From Octopus sinensis (taxonomy: Eukaryota), in NCBI RefSeq assembly GCF_006345805.1, contig NC_043009.1:28582001-28646000 (forward strand): a stretch of 64,000 nt of DNA, read 5' to 3'. Below, one piece after another: positions 53,043-64,000 of the stretch (the stretch's first letter is position 1; each line of letters starts with the position of its first letter). The notes beneath the pieces were generated by a model, which worked only from the letters and a program-made list of their open reading frames with translations, did not search any database and had not been told where the DNA came from. The translations under genes were made by a program, and so were the position numbers.

Positions 53043-54124
53043 CCTTTTGCTGTCTGCCCCTTTTCCTATCTGCCATTTTATTAGGGTTTCATGGTATCTG
53101 AGCTAGGTAGTTCTTCTTGGCTATGATACTCCTCTACTACTTCTGCTCGTGATCAGAGAGGCTCATATTGTTAGCCACTAAGGGACATGCTCAACTGGTC
53201 ATGGTCAAACAACTGACAAGCAAATCTGTGGTGTTGAGCAGAATATTTGCTGTAGCTGATTATTATTATCATTATCATTATCATAATTACTGTTATTGTT
53301 ATTGTTATTTTATTTTACGACCACAAGATTCCACATTAAGACCAATACATAGAAAAACAACAAACACAAACAAAGAACACTGAAGAATTTACTTTGAATA
53401 AAAGAGAGAGATGAACATTAATATTAAAAACACATTAACAAAATAAATGACACAAACAATATTGAACAACAATAACAAAGAGAAACAACCCCCAAAATGA
53501 CAAACACCACAAAGTGTAATTTGGGGTACCCCACATAGTGTAATTTGGGGTACCCCTTATATCACCTTAGACTTCAATGACAGACTAAAACTAAGTATCT
53601 TCTTCCAGTCCGTGCTGCCAACATACAACAACAGAACATAGTTTAGCTTAAGTGAATTTATCAATGGCAATCTCACCCCTCCCACTCCATATTTGTAAAA
53701 TTTACCAGAGGGTACTGCTACCCTCTCTTCATGTAGGAATATTTCATACCAGGTATACATAGATGCAGAAAGAGGAAAAGAGAAATGTGCATGGAAGGCT
53801 GAGGAAACTAATGACTATAATTATACAAGTGTATTATTATACATTATATGTTATATATCGTAACTATACATTATTGTTAGCAGTTAGAAATTATAATTTG
53901 TTTTGAGTCCTTTTTATGATAATAAAGATGATGATGATAATGATGAGGATGATGGGGGGTTGGTGGTAATGATGATGATGATATAAGAATAATTATAGCA
54001 GTGGAAGCAATAAAAATAGATGTGGAACTTAAAGGAAGCAAATCTAAATTCCAGTCGTAGATGATGCATTTGGAATGGTTTGCTACAAATTTCAGTTCCT
54101 TGTGAGATAAGTTTGCAACTCTTA

Positions 54125-54271
54125 AAAATAGCAAAGGAACTGCAGCAGAAAGCTTCTGTTGCTTGGAACAGCAGGGAATGTAAGAAGAGTCCTTGAGACT
54201 TGAGGCTACTGGTTGTAACTTCCTCTCAAAGAAGAAATTATCCCCGGTTCAACGTTCTCACAAGGTAAAGA

Positions 54272-54273
<2 letters not shown>
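54125..54273 (+). mobile_element. R4/Dong-like RLE retrotransposon 3' end
   Basis: ELQQK / LLLGTAG / VRRVLET* across frames, short 3' UTR, then (TAA)n. Confidence 0.6.
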
Positions 54274-54309
<36 letters not shown>

Positions 54310-54377
54310 TATTAATAATAATAATGATATTAATAATAATAATGATAATAATAATAATAATAATAATGATAATAATG

Positions 54378-54414
<37 letters not shown>

Positions 54415-54599
54415 CAATAATAATAATGATAATAATAATAAAAAAAAAAAATGAACGAACTACTGAGTTTGGTTTAATGGCCTACCAATGTATACTATGA
54501 GTTTCTTTGCCCTAGGAGTCGGGAAGACACTCGGCAAGAAATGGAAGCAAATTTGAAAGAAGAAAAAAAAAAAAAATAATAATAATAATAATAAAAATA

Positions 54600-54812
54600 T
54601 TCAGACAAATACATAAGAAAAACACCAGGACTTACAAACACATATAACATACAGAAAATTGCACTACTAGGCACTGCACACATCCTACGCAGAACACTTT
54701 CCATACAATAACCATCAGAGCATCACAACAAATCACAGCACATACCTAAGGCGCACAGAGCTGCGCTCGGTAGTGAAGTGAAAGCACGCTATAAAAATAA
54801 AACTACTGAGTA
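54600..54812 (+). mobile_element. R4/Dong-like RLE retrotransposon 3' end in (TAA)n
   Basis: KYIRKTPGLTNTYNIQKIALLGTAHILRRTLSIQ*, 3' UTR, flanked by (TAA)n on both sides. Confidence 0.8.
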
Positions 54813-55481
54813 GTAATAATAATAATAATAATAATAATTTTTATCCTCTTAATAAGTGTATTATAGTAGCAACAATAATATCTCTCAGCTTGTAGATGTG
54901 TGTGCGCGTGTGTGTGTACTAGATTTATGATTTACATATATATATACATATATATACATACCCACATACATGCTCACACACACGCGCACACACAGAAAAG
55001 GTTCATACCATGTCTATGTACACATATGTGCGTATATAGACGTGTGTATCAATCTTTTTTGTGCACATGTGTGTGTGCGAGTGTGTATGCGGGTATGTGT
55101 ATATTTTTTGGTGAATGTGTGGGTGAGCATGTGTGTGTTTCAAGTGAGGGTGGATGAGTATACACTTATAGGTGCTTGTACGTGGGTGTATGGAGGCACA
55201 TGTGTAGGTATGAACATGACGCTTACAGGAATGCTATGAGCATTTTTACTACCTTACCTTTACTCCCTCCCCTCACTTAGCAGTCATTCTAATAGCTCTT
55301 TTGACTTAATAACGGTCAATCACACGGTAATTTCCCTTTGTTTAACGGTCATTTTCAGAGCATTTTTTTGAAGGCCAGATAACTGAAGAGATGGTGCCAT
55401 GGGTTTCTGCTCTGAAATCCGAAACTCAGAGTTTTATCATGGCTATTGATTAATTGTCACATATTATATTTACAGACATAA

Positions 55482-55557
<76 letters not shown>

Positions 55558-55559
55558 AG

Positions 55560-55826
55560 AAGCTATTATTTCTAAATCTCACAAGGAGATATATTCAGTA
55601 AGAGTTCTTTAAAGTAAAGGCTATTCTCTAATATAATGTGGCTGTCCTGGATGGGGCTATTTTTACTGTGGTTTAGCCCTTTGTGCTGGATGTGGGTTCT
55701 GGGCTCCCTGTCCAAAAATATAAGAGACATTGTGTCATATAGCCAGCTGGAAACTGTTTCCTGGAGCTAAACACCAGTAACAGTCATCCCATCCAGGACA
55801 GCCACATTACGTTGGCAAATAATCTT
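55560..55826. mobile_element. Inverted pLTR-like fragments, same family as 34496-35000
   Basis: taatgtggctgtcctggatggg versus cccatccaggacagccacatta; tccctgtccaaaaatataag shared with about 34870. Confidence 0.55.
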
Positions 55827-55829
55827 TAC

Positions 55830-55941
<112 letters not shown>

Positions 55942-55961
55942 CACACACACATATATATATA

Positions 55962-56192
55962 TTCTTTATTCTTTTAGTCATTTGACTGCAGCCATGCTGG
56001 AGCATCACCTAATCAACCCTCAAGAGTTATTCTTTGTAAACCTAATACTTATTCTGTTTGTGTCTTTTGCTGAACCATGAAGTTACGGTGATGTCAACAC
56101 CCCAACATCGATTGTCAAGTGATGGGGAGACAGACATAGACACATGCACACACAAATATATACATACATATATATATGTAATTATATCTATC

Positions 56193-56230
<38 letters not shown>

Positions 56231-56447
56231 TGTATACATACATACATACATACATACATACATACATACATACATACATACATACGTATATATATGACAG
56301 GCTTCTTTCAGTTTCTGTCTACCAAATCCATTCACAAGGCTTTGGTTGGCCCAAGGCTATAGTAGAAGACACTTGCCCAAGATGCTGTGCAGTGGGACTG
56401 AACCTTGAACAATGTGGTTGGGAACCAAGTTTCTTACCACACAACCA
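55962..56447 (-). mobile_element. SINE family A
   Basis: Shared family motifs. Confidence 0.8.
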
Positions 56448-56449
56448 TG

Positions 56450-56499
<50 letters not shown>

Positions 56500-56873
56500 T
56501 ATATATATATACATGTATAGACATATGCATATATATACAAACACACACACACACAACATCTGTTAAAACCTGCTGCACTTGTTTTGTCTTCTCTTTTACT
56601 TATTACCAGATACATGCACAGCTATATACAAGTGTGAGTGTGTGGTATGTGTGTGTGTGTGTGTGTAATTACGTATATATATGATAAATAATATGTTTGT
56701 GTTTGTATATGCAGTCATATGTAAGAATACCCATTATCTTGTAGATGAGTAAGTAAGAGCTAATTTATGGTTGATTTCTGTGAGTCACTGCTCAGTTACA
56801 CAATTCCAAGCATCAGGGAAGGCCTAGTTATATAGCTGTTGTTTGTATAAGCCCATTAAAATTGTTCATTTAA

Positions 56874-58031
56874 CACTAAAAGGACCGGTGCTGTCATCTA
56901 CTTTTAAGGACCAGAATGCATCAATTGACACAAAGATGTTTTTCAATTTGAAAGGGGAAAAAGAGAAGGAAAAGGAGAAGAAGAAAGCTTTTATCAGATG
57001 TCGAAATCTATTGAATTTTATGACTTTTTGATGATATTAGTTGCAATAGCTTGTTATTTTGAAAGAAATTTATCCTTGCAGTAAAAAAGAGAAATTTATT
57101 GAAATTGTAAACATTCTTCACAACGTTTTAGCACGTTTGCCGCACGGTGGTTTTTTACAGACTCCATACATTTCTGTTGTTCTGTTTTGGCATTTTGTTT
57201 TCACACGTACATCTGACTTTATTTCTAGAGGTAGACGTTTCCTCAATAGGGCATCTGAAAGTACATGTATGACTGTGAGTTGAATCACCACAAAATTCTT
57301 CAGCAACTCTTTGGATATTTTCCTGTCAACTAATGACTGAGTTACAAAACACTTGTGGATATCACCCAACTGTTTATAAGAGCCACATCCAAAATATTTT
57401 TTAAAATTAGCTATCATCTGTTGCTTGCCTTGAGTGAATAAAGTCTTGCCATCTGGTCAAGCACGTCTACACCTACCTTATTTTTGTTATAAAAAAGTAT
57501 GGTGTCAGACTTCTTGGGATTATTTTCAGAAGAAACTTCTACATGTTGATGTAAGGTTCTCAAAACAACAACAGGTTTTGATTTTTTGCACTGGTACGAT
57601 GTAAGTGTGACAGTAGACTTCTCTGTGTATTTCAAAACTACAGTTTTATGAACTGGTTTTACCTGTTTTACTACTTCTGGTAATTCCTGTCTGTTCTGGT
57701 GAATTGTTCCAACTAAACTGCAGTTTTGTCTCGGAAGTGATAAGGGCTGTGCAATTACTGAATATCTAAAACGTTGTCACATGTATTTATAAAAAAAAGC
57801 AGGTTCAAGTTTCAAAAGTTACCAATGCATCAATTGACTCATGTGGTCCTTATAGGTAGTACGTAGTTTATTATTTTTTCTTTTACAATTGGTGTAAACA
57901 ACCTATAATTTATAGTTTTATACCATAAAACTGTGGAAAGTCAAGAGCCATGATGGCAAAATTTTCAATAGTTTTTAAATTGTGTGCAATTAAAATTTCA
58001 AAACATGTCGATGCACTCAGACTCTCTAGTG
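56874..58031 (-). mobile_element. piggyBac-like transposon, internally deleted
   Basis: TTAA on both sides, CACTA...TAGTG termini, remnants ILFYNKNKVGVDVLDQMARLYS and Cys-rich C-terminus KCQNRTTE...CKKPPCGK; subterminal aatgcatcaattgac repeated. Confidence 0.85.
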
Positions 58032-58237
58032 TTAATACTACAAAGAAGACTTGCAGGAAAATACTTTACAATTTTAGACATAGCTTCATCAGAACCTCGA
58101 TTATGAAGTGCAATTTATTTTGGAAATAATTTATCCTTTTATAAAGAATGGCATCATAATGAGAAAAGTCAATAAAAAGATGTATAAAAAAAAGTGTGTT
58201 CAAAATGTATTTGGATGCATTAATGGAAATATACATG

Positions 58238-59889
58238 TCAGGTTGGTGCAAAAGTAAGGGCTGATTTTTTAGAAAACAGTTTTAGATAGTATTTCTTGAA
58301 ATTGTACCTCTCACAATGTTTTAAGAGTGTCACAATTAGTAATTTATACATTTTTTATTCAGATTCTGATTGTATTAACCTTCTACTTTATTCACTCCCA
58401 TGTTCATCCTGTCTAAAGATCACATTAGACATGTCTTACTCTATGAGTTTCATAAAGGTGTCAATGCAAGCACAGCAGGAAAGTGTCTTTAGAGAGTTTA
58501 TAGGGATGATAGAGCGAGTGAAAAATGATGCAGGAGATGGTTTTCTCACTTCAGAAGAGGGGAAGCTGTTGTCACAGAAAATCCAACCACTACTTGTAGA
58601 GAACTTACAGAGCAGTTTAACATAGCCTATACAACTGTTCTATGCCAACTGAAAAGGATCGGAAACGTTTCAGTGGTTGGAAAATGGGTCCTGCATGAAC
58701 TGTCCCCAGAGAATCTACAATAGCATGTTGTTTGTTGTGAGTCATTGCTTTCACAACACTTTAAGGGATCATTTTTAGGAATGTTTGTTATAGGTAGGTG
58801 ATGCGAAGTAGATCCTTTACTATAATGCTAAACGCTGCTGTTCACAGATCAGTCGAGGAAGAAGACCAGTTCAACAACCAGGAGGAGGACTTCATCCAAG
58901 GAAGATCATGTTGAGTGTATGGTGGGATGCTGAGGGAATTGTCCATTACGAACTGTTAGACAACAATCAAAAATGATTACTGCTAATCTCTACTGTGATT
59001 GACTCCATCATTTGAAAGCAGCTTTAAACAGAAAGTGACCCTGCTTAGTCAACAGAAAGAGCATCATCTTCCACCATGATAACACTCGTCCTCACACAGC
59101 TCGATTGACCAAAGGTCTCTTGGAAGAGCTTGGTTGAGAAATATTGCTTCATCCTCCATATTCTCCTTCTGATTATCACTTGTTTCGGGGATTAGAGAAC
59201 CATTTGAATGGTGTTCAGTTGACATCAAGGGAAGAGTTTGAAAATAAGTTGGATTCATATTTTGCATCAAAACCTAAACAATTTTACAAGCATGGCATTT
59301 ATAATCTTGTTATCAGATGGAATGAAGTTCTAGAAACCAATGGAAATTACATTAATGAATAAATATTGTCTTAATATCTAAAATGTCTTAATGATGGACT
59401 TTTTCATTTTTAGTAGAGACCTTTTTAGTCGAACCAATTCTACTATATGGCTCAGAAACCTGGACGTTATCAAAGAAGTTTGAGAGGCAGTTGGATGGAA
59501 CCTACACTCGCCTCCTTATGAGAGCTCAAAATCTCTCGTGGAAGTGCCATCCAACCAAAATGCAAATATATGGGAAACTACCACGTGTGTAATCTCTTGT
59601 GAAAGGTAGGAGAGTCCAGTTTGCTGGACATTGTTGTAGAGCTGAAAAAGAAGTAATTTCTACTCTTCTCCTCTGGAAGCCATCTACTCGCAATACCAGA
59701 GGGCACACACTCTCCTACCCTGATGTAATCTCCAGGGATACAGGCATCCAGCAACAGGACCTCCGTAATGCCATGATGGACCGTGAAGTCTGGCGTAGCA
59801 TGGTAAATTCCATTGTCTCGACCACGGTCGAACAATGATGATGATGATGAGAGACCTTAAAATAGGCCATTACTTTTGCACCAACCTGG
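58238..59889 (+). mobile_element. Decayed mariner with both TIRs
   Basis: TIRs caggttggtgcaaaagtaa / ttacttttgcaccaacctg; motifs WVLHEL, LHPRKIMLSVWWD, HHDNTRPHT, HPPYSP..SDYHLF. Confidence 0.9.
59424..59849 (+). mobile_element. 5'-truncated RTE LINE nested in the mariner 3' end
   Basis: EPILLYGSETWTL...LDGTYTRLL...RRVQFAGHC...MMDREVWRSMV; (GAT)n tail; 9-bp TSD agagacctt at 59415-59423 and 59850-59858. Confidence 0.9.
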
Positions 59890-59954
59890 TACATACATAC
59901 ATACATACATAATATATACATAGATACATACATACATACATACATACATATATG

Positions 59955-61335
59955 AGTTTAGAGGGATATATTATCTGGGCAGATACCGTGGTGACTCTCA
60001 GTTATCCTCCAGGTAATGGCTAACCACATCGATAAGTATTTACCATCTATGGCTTGTAGGAATTGTCACTCACATTGTGTAAATTCCTTTGATACATAAT
60101 TCTGTGTTCACTTCACTGGATGGTAATATTATCAGGAGCGTATATTTGCAATAATTATAATGAGAGAGAATAGGAAGACTGATATATCCTCAAAATATAT
60201 TTCATTTTATTTTTCAGTATATCATACACCATACTTTTATGGTGATGGCAATCATGAAAATATGCTTTGTGACATTGTAAAATAAAAGCAAATAAATTTT
60301 AGAGGATGTACCAGTTTCCATATTTTCTATCTTTATAATTACTGCATATATATGTTAAATAAAATGAGATAACACAGCCAAGGCTGTGTGGAATCTTCGG
60401 GACATTTATAAAGAGAAAGTTAGACTTACAGCTGTTTCTGGGATATTCAACTGAGACGATGTGAGATGATTAAATAGAGGTAAATAGTAGAGTTCAATAT
60501 AAAGAGTTATGTGGAAAAGGAAGGAAATAAGGAGTATATAGGGAAATAGGAGAATGAAAGTAAAAATAAGAATAAATATATAAAAAGATGTTATAGCTGC
60601 AGTTCCATTATCCAAGGAAAGTGTTGTGTAGAATGGGTAGAAAGGCTTCTTGTCTGTGGTATGAAAATTCCAATAGCAGTTCGTATATTGTCATTACGAA
60701 TGGAAAGTATGGAGACATACGTTCCATGCGCTGTTCATTGAAAGGGGTCTTGGTTTTGCTGTCGCATTTTATTTAACATATACATGCTCACACAAGACCC
60801 CACATTAGACTCCTCACTTGTATCATTATTGAACTGAGAGTTTAGCTACAGTCCTTCCATAGCACTTACATAGCATTGCCTGCCACCTTGGGTTTTCTGG
60901 AAACCAATAGCTCTCATATATATATATATATATATATAAACGTATTGGTAACACTAGGGTTGGTGATTGCCAATAACATGCTAGGAAAAATAGGAAGTTT
61001 ATACAGTATTGCATGATGGAATTTTTTGAGCCCCTAATTTTATGGGGAAATAGGGATAGGGTACTAGCATATTTAAGTGGGTTCAGTGAGTGAATGTGCA
61101 ATGGAATGTGGGTGCAGGTGATTCCTGAAAATCTGAGCTTTTAATGATTGTTGGGTATGAAAGATAATTGTTAATTAATAAGTGGTTCTGTCGATAATTA
61201 TTTCATGTGAGTGTTGAAGGGTGTAGGAGGATGGGGGAATTTCCTTTAATCCTGTTAGTGGAAATATGTTCATTCATGACCATAAAGGAATTGACCTTTT
61301 GGAATCTATTGTTTAATAAAGTAAGGAGAATCAAT
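59955..61335 (-). mobile_element. Highly decayed Penelope-like element with half hammerhead
   Basis: Weak EN-like HIHSLNPLKYASTLSLFPHKIR; downstream tatccca-GAAA-CAGCTG-TA-agtct (60422-60447) with stem II partner ggata at about 60609-60613. Confidence 0.4.
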
Positions 61336-61449
61336 TAGACACATGTTAATAATAGTACATACATACATGTATACATATTTTGATTCCATTCATACATTCA
61401 TGCATGCCTATGTACATATATAAAATTATGTGTGTATATATATATATAA

Positions 61450-61535
<86 letters not shown>

Positions 61536-61556
61536 TATATACATACATATATATAA

Positions 61557-63224
61557 CTAGCAGTATCGCCCAGCGTTGCTCGGGTTTGTAAGGGAAATAA
61601 CTATATAAGCATTTTTAGAGAGTTATAGCAAAAAAACAGCAAAAAAATGCATTAAAAATGGAATAAAAAATTATGGTAATTTTTTTTTTTAAATCGTTGA
61701 TTCATCGTAGACGTTTTTAGAGAGTTACTTCCCTTATATAATAGCGAAAAAATGCATTAAAATGGAAAAAATGATGGTAAATTTTTTTTTAAAACCGTAG
61801 ACTCATTGTAGACGCGTGCTAATACCCAGAAGAGCTCGATATGAATCACGACTATAAGATACCCGGTTTTGGTTAAACTGCACCGCAAAATGTGGGAGTA
61901 GTTAGTAATTTAAATCGTAGGAGACAGACACACAACTTCACTTTTATATATAAAGATTTGTGCAACAATTAAAACATTCGGTTGTGCAAATTGTTTGCAC
62001 AGGAAACCTGCCCTGTGTGGCGGTAATTGCCGTTTTTGTGGATCTGTTTCAGCTTTTTTAGCGATTTCTGTTTTGGCGACTTCTAGCCATGAAGTCGTTG
62101 TTCTAAAAGAACGCTGGTCTCCTTGACAACGCTTTACGACGTTGATTTCCCTACCCTGCCTTCCCCACAGCTTCACGAGGGAGGGAAGAAGGGGAGGAGC
62201 TACACAGGTGCAGGTGTGAGCATGAACGGCAATGCCGCCACCAACACACGAAAAAATTGGAAGAACCCAGACGACAGCTTCAGCCACCACCACCACCACC
62301 ACCACGACCAACACCATCACCACTACCACCATGACCACCACCACCACTACACCCATGACCATGACCACCACCATCACGAAGACCACCACGACCACCAACA
62401 CGACCACCATCATCCCCACGACCACCACCACCACCATCATCACCACCCCCACCACGACGACGACCACCACCACCACCAACAACAACAACACCACCACCAC
62501 CACCACAAACACGACGACCACCAAGACCACGACCACCATCACCACTACCAGCACCACCGCTGCCACTACCACCGCCTCCACCACCACCATACTATGCCTC
62601 TGCTCTCTCCTTTTGGCTACTAAATCCATTACCATATTTCACAAGTACCATCGCCATACAATATTGCCTTCAAAAGTTTGTGTTTGGATAATATTTTTTA
62701 AGTAAAAGTTGTGCAACAACTATAACATTCGGTTGTGCAAATTATTTGCACGGGAAACCTTCCCTGTGTGGTGTGTTTCCCGATTTTATAGAATTTGCTT
62801 TCAGGGTTTCTTAGCCATTTCTGTTTTGGTGTCTTCAAGCCATGAAGTCGTTGTTCTAAAAGAATGCTGGTCTCCTTGACAACGTTTTACGACGTTGATT
62901 TCCTTACACTCCCTTCCTCACAGCTTCACGAGGGAGGGAAGAAGGGGGAGAAGCAACACAGGTGCAGGTGTGAGCATGGACGCCAACTCCGCCGCCTTCC
63001 CTTTATTTTAAAAATATGCGTTAAAATGGAAAAAAATTATGGTAAATTATTTTTAAAATCGTAGACTCATCGTAGACGCGTGCTAATACTCAGACGGGCT
63101 CGATATGAATCACGACTATAAGATACCCGAATTTGGTGAAACTGCACCGCAAAATGTGGGAGTAGTTAGGAATCTAAATCGTAGGAGACAGACACTCACA
63201 CAACTTCACTTTTATATATATAGA
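61557..63224 (-). mobile_element. Composite non-autonomous Helitron (same family as 24936-25445)
   Basis: One 3' hairpin+CTAG end at 61557; two 5' TC ends (61956 and 63224); internal duplication and (CAC)n block. Confidence 0.75.
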
Positions 63225-63225
63225 T

Positions 63226-63282
<57 letters not shown>

Positions 63283-64000
63283 TGTAAAACATTTACATAT
63301 ATGTGTGTCTTTTTATGTGTATATTGTATACACATATACACACCGGACGTTAAATGATGATGATGATGATGATGATATATATTTATTTATTTATTTATAT
63401 ATATATAACCACACAGTTATATCCACATTTGATTGGCACTCGTAAGTTAAAGACGATTAAATATTAAATATCATCCAAATAAAGGTTTTCATAAATCGCT
63501 CTTTTGCTTGAATCTGCACATCAGCAGATTGAAGAAATTTATTAACAACAGTTAAAATATGTTTGTCACACTGTCAGGTGATCATCAGTGATTTTGACAT
63601 CAATGCCTTTACATTGTGCATGTCGTAGGTTTCTTTTAAAATTTGCTGTTTGAAATTATCAGAATATATTTAAAAGAAGACGATAAAGCATGCAGTTGAT
63701 GAAATACTGAGCTCTTCTCTGTAAAACTTAGATAACTAGATAAAAGTATTGCGTACCATAGTGATATTACCAAGAATAAAATTCTGCCAAACTGCCAGGG
63801 ACTTACAGAGCATCTTCAAATGTTTTCTTTAACATGAACAAAAGAGCTCGTTCATTCCATAACAATCACCTGTTGAATACCATATGAGTTTTAGAATATA
63901 TTCTTGAGATCAAGACGTAACAGTTAGCTGAGACGCTATAATTATATTAATTAATATGGGTGATAATATTTAAGGCAACAGAGTATATATATATATATCC

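Noticed and set aside
53400-53790. Possible Tx1/L1-like 3' end on the minus strand, with a 20-bp direct repeat at about 53513-53555
   Set aside because: Only vague similarity; cannot be supported without a database search.
63553-63595. Minus-strand CTGATGA-TCAC..GTGA-CAAA-CATAT hammerhead-like motif
   Set aside because: G12 is missing and stem I does not pair; at best a dead relic.

Overview
AT-rich, microsatellite-saturated eukaryotic DNA, intergenic or intronic. The SINE/LINE repertoire resembles octopus, but that is an inference. No host protein-coding gene is convincingly visible, and most listed ORFs are translations of simple repeats. Real coding signal comes from mobile elements. These are: a near full-length frameshifted RTE-clade LINE (15719-20381; APE + RT with a PHD-like C4HC3 finger inside the RT; tandem monomers in both UTRs); truncated RTE copies; R4/Dong-like and HERO-like RLE retrotransposon ends; two mariners; a DD37D (maT-like) fragment; a piggyBac deletion derivative; non-autonomous Helitrons; and many tRNA-derived SINEs. 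The most notable hidden layer is about nine minimal type-I hammerhead ribozyme folds in Penelope-like remnants. They include G3-C8 and U3-A8 core-covariant forms, a 231-bp tandem pair suited to dimeric cleavage, and an inverted pair of circularly permuted ~490-bp units suggesting a tandem or circular template. All calls were read by eye and boundaries are approximate.
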